Shown here: piece by piece, positions 1 through 8,932 of the stretch
Position numbering within the stretch: position 1 is the first letter of the stretch
Layout: every line of letters begins with the position of its first letter
DNA from: Gemmatimonadales bacterium
Lineage (GTDB): Bacteria; Gemmatimonadota; Gemmatimonadetes; Gemmatimonadales; GWC2-71-9
Direction: 5' to 3'
Length of the DNA: 64,000 nt
Assembly: GCA_965249575.1 (NCBI GenBank)
Contig: OZ252244.1
Span: forward strand, 3,232,001-3,296,000
Position numbers and translations under genes: made by a program
The notes under the pieces: model-generated
Databases searched by the model: none
Told to the model about the DNA's origin: nothing
The model's input: only the letters and a program-made list of their open reading frames with translations

Positions 1-1001
1 ATGACGTGATAACCGAACGGTGTCAGAACGGGCGATGAGATCTGGCCCGGCCGGAGCGCCAGGGCGGCGCGCTCGAACTCGGGGATCATCTGGTCCCTGG
101 TTACCTCTCCCAGATCGCCGCCTTCGGCCGCGCTCACCGAATCGGAGGACTCCCTCGCTGCCACCTCGGCGAAATCGGCTCCGTCGATCAACTCTTGCCT
201 TATGGCCGCCGCCCGCTCAAGCGCGGCTGCCGAGTCACTGGCATTGGTCAGTCTCGAAACCCGGACATAGCTGAGGTACACGGTAGTTGGGCGTTCGAAA
301 TCGTCCCGGTTGCGCCGGTAGTAGCGCTCCACCTCTTCATCTTCCAACGTGATGGCCGAGTCGGGAACGGAGGCTGCTGGGGCGAGCGTCAACAGGACGA
401 CCGAGACGGAATCGTTTGCGTCCCGGTACATCCGCCAGAGCTTCGGCGTCGGGACGTACACGTCCGCGGTCAATTGATCGATCCATTTCGACTGGGGTAT
501 TTCCTCCCGATAACGGGATTCCAGTGCGAACAGGAACGCCGGGTCGGCGTTGGCGCTGATGTACCGCCGGTATTTGGCGACGTCGAATTCGCCTTCGGTT
601 TGGAACTCCTCGAGCTGCTGAATCTCTGGGGGCGGCGCGTTCTGGGCGGCGGCTCGGATCTCGTCGTCCGTGACGCGGATCCCCCGCCGCTCGTACTCGT
701 CGGATAGGATGACCTGCTGAATCAACGCCTCGAGCACGGCATCCTCGAGCGCACGCTGATCCTCGAGGGTGATTGGGGCCGAGCCGCCTGCTCGACGTTG
801 CTGCTCCTGTGCGGCCCGCACGGCGTTATAGAAGCTTTGGATATCGATCTTCGTGCCATTAACGCGAGCGAGGGCGTCACCTGAGCGGACCGCACCCTGT
901 GCGCTCACGTCCATGCCCACGTCAAACACCATCCAGCCCACGAACGCCACGGCAAGGATCCCCATGAGCCAGGGCGCGATACCACGCATTGTTCGCATCA
1001 T
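1..1001 (-). CDS. PpiD/SurA-type periplasmic chaperone / parvulin PPIase (3' end runs off the window)
   Basis: Hand-translated, not in the ORF track: MMRTMRGIAPWLMGILAVAFVGWMVFDVGMD (N-terminal TM) ...ARVNGTKI (SurA_N) ...DFAEVAARESSDSVSAAEGGDLG...EFERAALALRPGQISSPVLTPFGYHV (rotamase motif). Confidence 0.88.
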   Translation of the reverse strand, partial: MMRTMRGIAPWLMGILAVAFVGWMVFDVGMDVSAQGAVRSGDALARVNGTKIDIQSFYNAVRAAQEQQRRAGGSAPITLEDQRALEDAVLEALIQQVILSDEYERRGIRVTDDEIRAAAQNAPPPEIQQLEEFQTEGEFDVAKYRRYISANADPAFLFALESRYREEIPQSKWIDQLTADVYVPTPKLWRMYRDANDSVSVVLLTLAPAASVPDSAITLEDEEVERYYRRNRDDFERPTTVYLSYVRVSRLTNASDSAAALERAAAIRQELIDGADFAEVAARESSDSVSAAEGGDLGEVTRDQMIPEFERAALALRPGQISSPVLTPFGYHV

Positions 1002-1038
1002 GTTCGGGTACCCTCTGTCGAGCGGTCCAAGGGGGCTA

Positions 1039-1067
1039 AGTCTAAGTGTGACAACGCGGAATCTCAA
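1039..1067 (-). promoter_or_regulatory. Putative sigma70 promoter for the ppiD-like gene
   Basis: Minus strand TTGAGA-17 nt-TAGACT, about 40 nt upstream of the ATG at 1001. Confidence 0.45.
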
Positions 1068-1088
1068 GTCTAGCGGGGCTGCGCGCGG

Positions 1089-1118
1089 TTGACAGGCCGC
1101 CCGATTTGAGACTAAGTT
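1089..1118 (+). promoter_or_regulatory. Putative sigma70 promoter for the TPR-aroQ-efp-acc operon
   Basis: TTGACA (1089-1094), 18 nt, TAAGTT (1113-1118); 12 nt before the ATG at 1131. Confidence 0.5.
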
Positions 1119-1130
1119 CGACGGGTTATC

Positions 1131-3083
1131 ATGGCCTATCAAAGCGAGCTCGAAAAGCTCACTCGCCAATACGACGACAAACCGGAACAGTACTTCGCAC
1201 CACTCGCGGAGGCGTTCCGGAAGGCCGGGGAGTTGGAGCACGCCATCCAGGTGCTGCGTACCGGGCTTGAGCTGCGGCCGAACTATTTGAGCGCCCACAT
1301 TGTCCTCGGCCGCTGCCTTCTCGATCAACAAGACGACATCGAAGCCGCGCGGGTGTTCGAGCACGTGCTCACGCTCGATGCGGAGAACATCATTGCCCTG
1401 AAGGCGCTGGGTGAGATCGCAGTGCGCGCCGATGACCCGGGTCTGGCGCGGCGCTGGCTGACCAGGCTTCTCGAAGTCGATCCGATGAACCAGGAAGCAC
1501 AGGAGGCGCTCGACGCGCTCGGTCCTGCGCTCGCGGCCGCGGCGGACGTTCCCGAAGCGTCGGCTGCCCCGATTACCGAGGAGCAGGTGGCCGCGAGCGG
1601 TGCGGCAGAGGTGGAGCAGGTGGCCGACTTCGAGCCCACGGCGCTGGATTTGGGCGAGGCGTCCGCAGCGGCCCCTGAGGGCGATTTAGCACTCGAACGG
1701 GTCGAACCCGCCATCGACGCCGAAGCGCCGACCATGCGCATGGACTCCTATGAGCCGGAGGGCATACCGGGAGGCGAGGCGTCCGCCGAAGCTCCAGCAC
1801 CCGAGCTTGATGCCGAAGTGGCTTCGGAAGTTGGCGCGTCTGAAGGCGGCGCCGGTCGCGACGAGCCAGTTACCCGAACGAGAGAAATCCCGGCCGAATC
1901 CACGGCGCTCCGCGCCGTGGAGGTGACGGAGTCGGCAACCGGCGAGATCACGCTGGAGGAGCCGGCGCAGGCGCCGCCGTTTGAGGAGCCACCCGTGGAC
2001 GCGGCTCCCTCGACCCTTCCCATGTCCGAAGACACGCCCCCGCTTGAAGGCGCTGCGAGTGAACCGAGCGGAACGGACCCTGATCCGCCGGAGGTGGCGG
2101 CCACGGTCGAGGAACACGTGGTGCGGCCGGAGGGGCTCGACGACCCCCCCGTCGCTGCCGGCCCGGAAGGGCTGCCTGCAGAGGCCGTTCCGCTCGATGG
2201 GGATTTCCCACCTACCGTCGGCGAGATTGACGTCGTGTCAGAGACGGTGGCGGAGCCCGGGTTGGAGGCGATGACGGAGCTGGCGGATCAGCCCGCGGCC
2301 GAAGCGCCGGCCGTCGAGGATGCGGCAGCCGCAGACGGGCCGCCGGAATCGGAGCCTGCTCCCGAGGGGTCGCCGGAGTCTCTGCCGTTTATTTTGCCTG
2401 AGGACGTCACACCGCCCGGGACGGGGCTCGTGGAGGAGCCCGAACCGGTGATCACCGAGACTATGGCTGAGGTCTATGCGAAGCAAGGGCTGATCGCCGA
2501 AGCCCGTGACGTTTACCAAAAGCTTCTCGCGGGGCGGCCTGGGGACCCCGCGATCGTGGCCCGACTCGCGGAGCTCGATTCGGGGGCGCCGCCTGCCTTC
2601 GGCGCGGCCGGGCGCCTCGAGGACAGCGCACGGGATTTCCTGGTGGGGATTCTCAGCGCCCGCCCACCGGCCTCCGCGCCGGATTCGCCGCCGGTCACCG
2701 AAGCGCTACCAGCCGCGGCGGAGACGTCGGTCCAGGAGCTGTCCGAAGAGCGCACGCCGCTCGAGACGGCGTTCGAAGACACTGCGGCCGAGCCTCGAGG
2801 GGCTCCGACTTCGCCCGCATCAGACGAGGTCTCGCTGGCATCGGTGTTCGGTGAGGAGCCCACCGAGAAGCCTCCAGCTCCAGAGCCTGGCGCAACCTCT
2901 TCCGCCGAGCCAGAAGCGGGGGCGGGAGGAGGCGCGGGGGCTGGCTTCTCTTTTGACGAGTTCTTCGGGGCCAAGAAGCCTCCCGGGCAGAAGACCGAGT
3001 CCCCTCGGCCGCGCCGCAGCTCCCAACTCGATGCCGCAGACGAGGATGAGTTCAGGGACTGGCTCAAAGGTCTCAAGTCCTAG
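1131..3083 (+). CDS. Tetratricopeptide-repeat protein with long acidic Pro/Ala/Glu-rich disordered region
   Basis: N-terminal TPR-like helices (LAEAFRKAGELEHAIQVL; AHIVLGRCLLDQ; ALKALGEI), internal TETMAEVYAKQG TPR, C-terminal DEDEFRDWLKGLKS. Confidence 0.8.
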   Translation: MAYQSELEKLTRQYDDKPEQYFAPLAEAFRKAGELEHAIQVLRTGLELRPNYLSAHIVLGRCLLDQQDDIEAARVFEHVLTLDAENIIALKALGEIAVRADDPGLARRWLTRLLEVDPMNQEAQEALDALGPALAAAADVPEASAAPITEEQVAASGAAEVEQVADFEPTALDLGEASAAAPEGDLALERVEPAIDAEAPTMRMDSYEPEGIPGGEASAEAPAPELDAEVASEVGASEGGAGRDEPVTRTREIPAESTALRAVEVTESATGEITLEEPAQAPPFEEPPVDAAPSTLPMSEDTPPLEGAASEPSGTDPDPPEVAATVEEHVVRPEGLDDPPVAAGPEGLPAEAVPLDGDFPPTVGEIDVVSETVAEPGLEAMTELADQPAAEAPAVEDAAAADGPPESEPAPEGSPESLPFILPEDVTPPGTGLVEEPEPVITETMAEVYAKQGLIAEARDVYQKLLAGRPGDPAIVARLAELDSGAPPAFGAAGRLEDSARDFLVGILSARPPASAPDSPPVTEALPAAAETSVQELSEERTPLETAFEDTAAEPRGAPTSPASDEVSLASVFGEEPTEKPPAPEPGATSSAEPEAGAGGGAGAGFSFDEFFGAKKPPGQKTESPRPRRSSQLDAADEDEFRDWLKGLKS

Positions 3084-3523
3084 TGCGCATCGCCGTTCTC
3101 AACGGCCCCAACCTGAATCTTCTGGGTAACCGAGAGCCGGCTCTGTACGGCGAGGAGACCCTCGCCCACATCGAGCAGACAGTCCGCTCTCGGGCAGGGC
3201 CGGACCTGGAGATCGAGTGGCACCAGACGAATCACGAAGGTGAGTTCGTGGATTTGGTGCAGGGCCTGGTGGGAGGGGCTGACGGAGCTCTGGTGAACGC
3301 GGGGGCGTTCACGCACACGTCCCTGGCCATCCGGGACGCGTTTCTGGCCGTGAAGGTCCCGTTTGTAGAGGTTCACCTCTCGAATGTCTTCGCGCGCGAG
3401 CCATCGAGGCGGCAGTCGCAATTCGCCGACTTAGCGATCGGTGTAATCGCGGGATTCGGGGCCCGCAGCTATGTCCTGGGGGTGGAAGCCATGACCGCCC
3501 ACCTCAAGTCCCGTGGCGGTTGA
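3083..3523 (+). CDS. aroQ: Type II 3-dehydroquinate dehydratase
   Basis: LNGPNLNLLGNREPALYG, NAGAFTHTSLAIRDA, VEVHLSN motifs. Confidence 0.96.
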   Translation: MRIAVLNGPNLNLLGNREPALYGEETLAHIEQTVRSRAGPDLEIEWHQTNHEGEFVDLVQGLVGGADGALVNAGAFTHTSLAIRDAFLAVKVPFVEVHLSNVFAREPSRRQSQFADLAIGVIAGFGARSYVLGVEAMTAHLKSRGG

Positions 3524-4607
3524 TCGTCGCCCACAACGCCAGAATGCGCTCCGGAAGCTGCTCGAAGGTCAGGGGCTCGATGGCCTAATCGTTACGCACC
3601 TGCCGAATATTCGATATCTGACGGGGTTCTCAGGGTCGGCCGGGCTGGCGGCGATTCTCGCCCGAGAGGCACTGTTCCTCTCAGACTTCCGCTATGCGAC
3701 CCAAGCTCAAGCCGAGCTGGGCGGCACCGCGAGGATCGAGATCGTGTCGAGCGATCTGTGGGCGCGCCTGTGGGAGGTCTTGCGAGAATTCAGTGATGTG
3801 GGGACGGTGGGGTTCGAATCCCACGCGGTCTCCGTCCGCCAGGCGGAGCGGTTTGGCGAGGGTGACTTGCCGGTCCGGGTGCGGCCGGTGGCGAATCTGG
3901 TCGAAGGCTTGCGCGCCAGTAAAGATGCCGGGGAGGTCAACGCAATCCGGCGTGCGGCGGGGGTCGCATCCGAAGCGCTGCGCGCCACGCTGCCGCAGAT
4001 CGTCCCGGGACTGAGGGAGATCGACGTGGCGGCCACGCTCGAGTCCGAACTTCGGCGGCGTGGGAGTGAGTGGCACCCGTTTCCGACCATCGTGGCGTCC
4101 GGTCCCAGGGCAGCCCTCCCCCACGCCCGCACGACAGATCGCTCGATCGTGTCAGGAGATTGGGTCCTGCTTGACTTTGGGGCGCAACTGGATGGATACT
4201 GCGCCGACATCACGCGTACGGTTGTTGTCGGGCGTGCGGCCGACGAGCGCCAACGTGTGGTGTACGAGATCGTTCGCGACGCTCAACTTCGGGCGCGTGC
4301 GAGCGTGCGGGCGGGAATGACCGGCAAAGAGGCGGATGCGGTCGCTCGATCCGTAATCGAATCGAATGGGTTCGGCGAGGCCTTTGGTCACTCGCTGGGA
4401 CACGGTCTAGGGCTCGAGGTTCACGAGGCGCCGCGTCTCAGCACCACGAGCGAAGCAGCGATCCCGGAGGGAGCCGTGGTCACCATCGAGCCCGGCATTT
4501 ATTTGCCAGGATGGGGCGGGGTACGGATCGAGGACGATGTCCACGTCTCGCCGCGGGGGGTTGACCTCCTCTCGGATGGCCACACCGAATTGCTGGAATT
4601 GAGCTAG
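3513..4607 (+). CDS. Xaa-Pro aminopeptidase/dipeptidase (M24B)
   Basis: Creatinase_N start (NIRYLTGFSGS), DFGAQLDGYCADITRT, HSLGHGLGLEVHE, TIEPGIY, GVRIED. Confidence 0.93.
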   Translation: MAVDRRPQRQNALRKLLEGQGLDGLIVTHLPNIRYLTGFSGSAGLAAILAREALFLSDFRYATQAQAELGGTARIEIVSSDLWARLWEVLREFSDVGTVGFESHAVSVRQAERFGEGDLPVRVRPVANLVEGLRASKDAGEVNAIRRAAGVASEALRATLPQIVPGLREIDVAATLESELRRRGSEWHPFPTIVASGPRAALPHARTTDRSIVSGDWVLLDFGAQLDGYCADITRTVVVGRAADERQRVVYEIVRDAQLRARASVRAGMTGKEADAVARSVIESNGFGEAFGHSLGHGLGLEVHEAPRLSTTSEAAIPEGAVVTIEPGIYLPGWGGVRIEDDVHVSPRGVDLLSDGHTELLELS

Positions 4608-4610
4608 CTC

Positions 4611-5171
4611 ATGGCGAGCACCGCGGATTTCCGCAATGGGATGGTCCTCGACATTGACGGCCAGCTGTTCCAGCTAGTCTATTTCCAGCACGTGAAACCG
4701 GGTAAAGGCGGTGCGTTCGTCCGTAGCAAGCTGAAGAGCGTGCGAACTGGCGCCGTCATCGATCGGACATGGACGGCGGGGGAGCGGGTCCAAGACGTTC
4801 GGCTCGAGCGCCGCGCGGTGCAGTACTCGTACCACGATGGGCACCTCTATCACTTCATGGACCAGCAGACATTTGAGGACATCCCGATCAACGACGACGT
4901 CATCGGCGAAGATCAGCTCAAATATCTCAAAGAGAGCATGGAGTGTGCGGGCCTCGTTCATGACAATCACGTGCTCTCGATCGAGTTGCCTTTTTTCGTG
5001 GAGCTGCAGGTAGTGGAGACCGATCCCGGAGTGCGTGGAGATACCGCGTCCGGCGGCACCAAACCGGCAACGCTCGAGACGGGGGCCATCGTGCAGGTCC
5101 CGCTCTTCATTGAGCGGGGGCAAGTGATTCGGGTGGATCGTCGCGAGGACAAGTACTTGACGCGCGTATGA
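4611..5171 (+). CDS. efp: Elongation factor P
   Basis: HVKPGKGGAFVR, PGVRGDTASGGTKPATLETG, VPLFI. Confidence 0.97.
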   Translation: MASTADFRNGMVLDIDGQLFQLVYFQHVKPGKGGAFVRSKLKSVRTGAVIDRTWTAGERVQDVRLERRAVQYSYHDGHLYHFMDQQTFEDIPINDDVIGEDQLKYLKESMECAGLVHDNHVLSIELPFFVELQVVETDPGVRGDTASGGTKPATLETGAIVQVPLFIERGQVIRVDRREDKYLTRV

Positions 5172-5659
5172 TGGACCTCGGGTTCGTCGAGCGTCTGCTC
5201 GAGCTCCTCGGCCGTTCCGAAGCCGAGACCATCGAGATCCGGAGGTGGCATACCACAATCCGGGTCTCCAAACGGGCCGGTGGGGGTCCTGAGGTTTCCG
5301 TGACGTCGAACGCCAAAGGCGCGCCGGCCGTGGCGGTGCCGGCACCGGCGGTGGCGGCGGGTTCGGAGGGCGCCGGGGACTCAGGGGACGGCGAGGTAGC
5401 GGCGGCCCCCATCCCGCTCACGGAGATCAGGTCACCGATGGTGGGGACCTTCTATGCAAAGCCGGAGCCTGGAGCGGACCCCTACGTTCAGGTTGGGATG
5501 CGGATAGCTCCTCTGCAAACGCTGTGTATAATTGAAGCGATGAAGATCATGAATCCGCTCGATGCGGAGATCGCGGGCGTGATCCGTGAGATCACGGTGG
5601 AAGATGCCCAGCCCGTCGAGTACGGCCAAGTGCTTTTCAAGGTGGATACCAATGGCTGA
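5168..5659 (+). CDS. accB: Acetyl-CoA carboxylase biotin carboxyl carrier protein
   Basis: SPMVGTFY, IIEAMKIMN biotinylation motif, VEYGQVLF. Confidence 0.95.
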   Translation: MMDLGFVERLLELLGRSEAETIEIRRWHTTIRVSKRAGGGPEVSVTSNAKGAPAVAVPAPAVAAGSEGAGDSGDGEVAAAPIPLTEIRSPMVGTFYAKPEPGADPYVQVGMRIAPLQTLCIIEAMKIMNPLDAEIAGVIREITVEDAQPVEYGQVLFKVDTNG

Positions 5660-6821
5660 AGCAACCGGTTCGCAACCCCCGTTCAATTTCAAGCAATCGA
5701 TCACCGACATGGTGCAGGCCGGCGGGTCGGATCTGCACCTCAAGGTCGGGCGCCCGCCGACGATTCGTGTGGCGGGTGAGCTCAGCCAGTTGGGTCAGCA
5801 GCCCATCAAGCCAGAGGAGCTGAAGTCACTGGCCGAGCAGATCATGACTCCGAGGCAGGTGAAGGAGTTTGCGGAGCACAAGGAATCCGATTTCGCGATC
5901 GGTGTCCCCGGTGTCGGTCGATTTCGGACGAACGTGTTTCAGCAGCGGGGGACCCTGGCGTTCGTGTTCCGGGCCATTCCGTACGAGGTCAAGAACACCG
6001 AGGCCCTGAACCTTCCAAAGGTGTTGGAGGCGGTCTCCCTCAAGCCCCGCGGATTGGTCCTGGTCACCGGCGTTACCGGGTCTGGGAAGTCGACAGCGCT
6101 CGCAGCCATGATCGATCACATCAATAGACACCGGCGTTGCAACATCATCACGATCGAAGATCCCATTGAGTTTCTACATCGAGACGGACAGGCGAACATC
6201 TCACAGCGGGAGATTGGGACCGACACCCTGTCGTTCGAGACCGCGCTGCGGCACGTGCTGCGTCAGGATCCCGACGTCGTGCTGATCGGTGAGATCCGCG
6301 ATCGTGTCACGCTCGACACCGCGATGAAGGCGGCCGATACGGGCCACCTCGTGTTCTCGACGCTGCACACGACAGACGCTACTCAGACGATCAACCGCGT
6401 GATCTCGTTCTTCCCGCCTCACGAGCATGACGCGGTCCGCAACCTGCTCTCAACAGCGCTCGAGGCCGTGGTGTCCCTGCGCCTCGTCCCTACGGTTGAC
6501 GGGAAGACTAGGATCCCGGCTTGTGAGGTGCTCATCAACACGGCCGCTGTGCGCGACAACATTCGCGATGCGGAAAAAGCGCTCAACATCCCCGAGCTCA
6601 TCAAAGAAGGCACGATCCAGTACGGCATGCAGTCGTTCGATCAGTCGCTGATGACGTGGTATCAGCGGAAGGTGATCTCCTACGACATGGCGTTGTTTTA
6701 TTCGTCGAATCCCAGCGAGTTCGCACTGCGCCTGAGTGGGATCGAGGGAACGTCGGACCGGACCTTCGCCGAGCAGCTCGGCGGGGGAGACGTCGGTAGC
6801 GCGACGGAGCCCACCTCCTAG
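5652..6821 (+). CDS. PilT/PilU-family type IV pilus retraction ATPase
   Basis: [22 protein letters not shown], Walker A GVTGSGKS, Asp box [22 protein letters not shown], His box [23 protein letters not shown] 5652 is preferred over the ORF-track start at 5586. Confidence 0.93.
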   Translation: MAEATGSQPPFNFKQSITDMVQAGGSDLHLKVGRPPTIRVAGELSQLGQQPIKPEELKSLAEQIMTPRQVKEFAEHKESDFAIGVPGVGRFRTNVFQQRGTLAFVFRAIPYEVKNTEALNLPKVLEAVSLKPRGLVLVTGVTGSGKSTALAAMIDHINRHRRCNIITIEDPIEFLHRDGQANISQREIGTDTLSFETALRHVLRQDPDVVLIGEIRDRVTLDTAMKAADTGHLVFSTLHTTDATQTINRVISFFPPHEHDAVRNLLSTALEAVVSLRLVPTVDGKTRIPACEVLINTAAVRDNIRDAEKALNIPELIKEGTIQYGMQSFDQSLMTWYQRKVISYDMALFYSSNPSEFALRLSGIEGTSDRTFAEQLGGGDVGSATEPTS

Positions 6822-6826
6822 CTGTC

Positions 6827-8185
6827 ATGTTCAAAAAGATTCTGATCGCCAACCGCGGGGAGATTGCCCTGCGGGTGATTCGGGCGTGCCATGAACTCGG
6901 GGTGGAAACCGTCGCGGTCTACAGCGAGGCCGACCGCGAATCCCTGCACGTTCGGTTCGCGCACGACGATGTGTGCATCGGACCACCGCCCGCGCGGCTC
7001 TCCTACCTCAGGATTCCAGCAATTATCGCTGCTGCCGAGATCACCGGAGCCGATGCCATTCACCCGGGATATGGGTTCCTCGCGGAGAGCGCGGAATTCG
7101 CCGAAACGTGCCAGGCGTCGAACATCACGTTCATCGGACCTACGGCGGACCAGATCCGGCTGATGGGCGACAAGGCGGCTGCCCGCAAGCTGGTGCAAAC
7201 CCTGGAAATCCCAGTGGTGCCCGGGTCGGCTGGGCCCGTGGCGAGCGCCGACGGGGCGCTGGCGATCGCGCAGGAGATCGGTTTCCCGGTCATCATCAAG
7301 GCCGCGGCTGGCGGTGGGGGGAAGGGAATGCGTGTTGCACGCGATTCGGAGACCTTCCCGCATGGGTTTCAGCTCGCTCGGAACGAGGCCCTCGCCGCCT
7401 TCGGCTCTGATGCCGTTTATGTGGAGAAGTATCTCGACCGGCCGCGGCACGTGGAAATCCAAGTCATGGGAGATGAGCACGGTAACGCGATGCATGTAGG
7501 CGAGCGCGACTGTTCGATTCAGCGTCGGCACCAAAAACTCATCGAGGAAGCGCCGAGCCCGGGTCTGAGCCGTGAGCTTCGACGCCGTATTGGAGACTCG
7601 GCCGTTCGTGCCGCGTCGCACATCGGGTATGTGGGGGCCGGGACCGTAGAGTTCCTTCTCGATGAAGATGGAAGTTGTTACTTCATGGAGATGAACACGC
7701 GGATTCAGGTCGAACATCCGGTAACGGAGATGGTGACTGGCTTCGATCTGGTGAAGGAACAGATTCGGGTGGCGGCGGGTGAGAACCTGAGTTTTACGCT
7801 GTTCGGAGACCGACTCCGGGGACACGCGATCGAGTGCCGTGTCAATGCTGAAGACCCGGAACGGAATTTTCAGCCGTCGCCTGGTACGATCACCGCCTAC
7901 CATCCGCCCGGCGGACCGGGAATTCGGGTGGACACCCATATTTACGCCGGCTACACGGTGCCGCCTTATTATGACTCGCTCATTGCCAAAGTGATCGTGC
8001 ATGGGCGCTCGCGAGACGAGGCCTTGGCGAGAATGAGCCAGGCCCTCGATTCGTTCATCGTCGAAGGCGTAACCACCACCATCCCCTTCCTGCGACGCGT
8101 GATCCACCACCCGGATTTCATTGCCGGTCGGGTGGACACGAAATTCCTCGAACGCGAGCCCGCGCTGGTGAGTCCACCCGCATGA
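6827..8185 (+). CDS. accC: Acetyl-CoA carboxylase biotin carboxylase subunit
   Basis: [66 protein letters not shown]. Confidence 0.97.
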   Translation: MFKKILIANRGEIALRVIRACHELGVETVAVYSEADRESLHVRFAHDDVCIGPPPARLSYLRIPAIIAAAEITGADAIHPGYGFLAESAEFAETCQASNITFIGPTADQIRLMGDKAAARKLVQTLEIPVVPGSAGPVASADGALAIAQEIGFPVIIKAAAGGGGKGMRVARDSETFPHGFQLARNEALAAFGSDAVYVEKYLDRPRHVEIQVMGDEHGNAMHVGERDCSIQRRHQKLIEEAPSPGLSRELRRRIGDSAVRAASHIGYVGAGTVEFLLDEDGSCYFMEMNTRIQVEHPVTEMVTGFDLVKEQIRVAAGENLSFTLFGDRLRGHAIECRVNAEDPERNFQPSPGTITAYHPPGGPGIRVDTHIYAGYTVPPYYDSLIAKVIVHGRSRDEALARMSQALDSFIVEGVTTTIPFLRRVIHHPDFIAGRVDTKFLEREPALVSPPA

Positions 8186-8931
8186 GGCTGTCGGTCTTTT
8201 TCACGCCGCTCGGGGTCACCCAATCCTGCGTTGCGGAGAAGCCTGTCGTCATCGTCGACATTCTTCGAGCAACCACGACGATCGTCGCGGCTCTGGCAAA
8301 TGGTGCAAAAGCGGTTCTCCCGGCGGCGACGGCCGAGGACGCACTACGGATTGCGCAGAACCTCGAGCGGGACGACGTGCTTCTCGCCGGTGAGCGGCGG
8401 GCGGAGCGAATCCCCGGCTTCGCGCTGGGCAATTCGCCGCTTGAGATGACCCGGGAGGCGGTGCAGGACAAGACCCTAGTCATGGCGACCACCAACGGCA
8501 CGCCAGCCGTCCTCGCCGCCGCCGCCGGGTCTCCCGTTTTCATTGGATCGGCTACGAACTACACCGCGGCCGCCTCGGCCGCTCGGGCGGCTTTCGAACA
8601 GTCGGGGGAAGTGATTATTCTGTGCGCGGGTCGAGAAAGGATGTTCTCCCTGGAAGACGCCTACGCGGCTGGGCGGTTCGCACGGGCGGTGCTCGGGCCC
8701 GCTTCGAGCACGCGACGGTCTGTTGCGCTCAACGATGGCGCGATCGCTGCCCTGGAACTCGTGCGCCGGTACGGAGAACGATGGAAACGGGCGATCGGGG
8801 CGAGCGCCGCGGCTCGCGAGCTGCAGGAACTCGGCTTCAAGGATGATGTTGTGGCGGCGACCGAGTCCGACCGGTTTGATCTCGTGCCGACGTATGCTGA
8901 TCGGCTCGTGACGGCGCGAGGATCAGGCTGA
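8182..8931 (+). CDS. comB: 2-phosphosulfolactate phosphatase family protein
   Basis: [37 protein letters not shown]. Confidence 0.88.
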   Translation: MRLSVFFTPLGVTQSCVAEKPVVIVDILRATTTIVAALANGAKAVLPAATAEDALRIAQNLERDDVLLAGERRAERIPGFALGNSPLEMTREAVQDKTLVMATTNGTPAVLAAAAGSPVFIGSATNYTAAASAARAAFEQSGEVIILCAGRERMFSLEDAYAAGRFARAVLGPASSTRRSVALNDGAIAALELVRRYGERWKRAIGASAAARELQELGFKDDVVAATESDRFDLVPTYADRLVTARGSG

Positions 8932-8932
8932 C

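Noticed and set aside
6818..8110. 430-aa minus-strand ORF and many similar long antisense ORFs (e.g. 9305-10360, 42337-43305, 54301-55347)
   Set aside because: Shadow ORFs opposite well-supported genes, expected in high-GC DNA; no motifs.
8182..8931. comB as evidence of coenzyme M synthesis or a link to the sulfotransferases
   Set aside because: ComB homologs are widespread without CoM pathways; no comA or other supporting gene is present.
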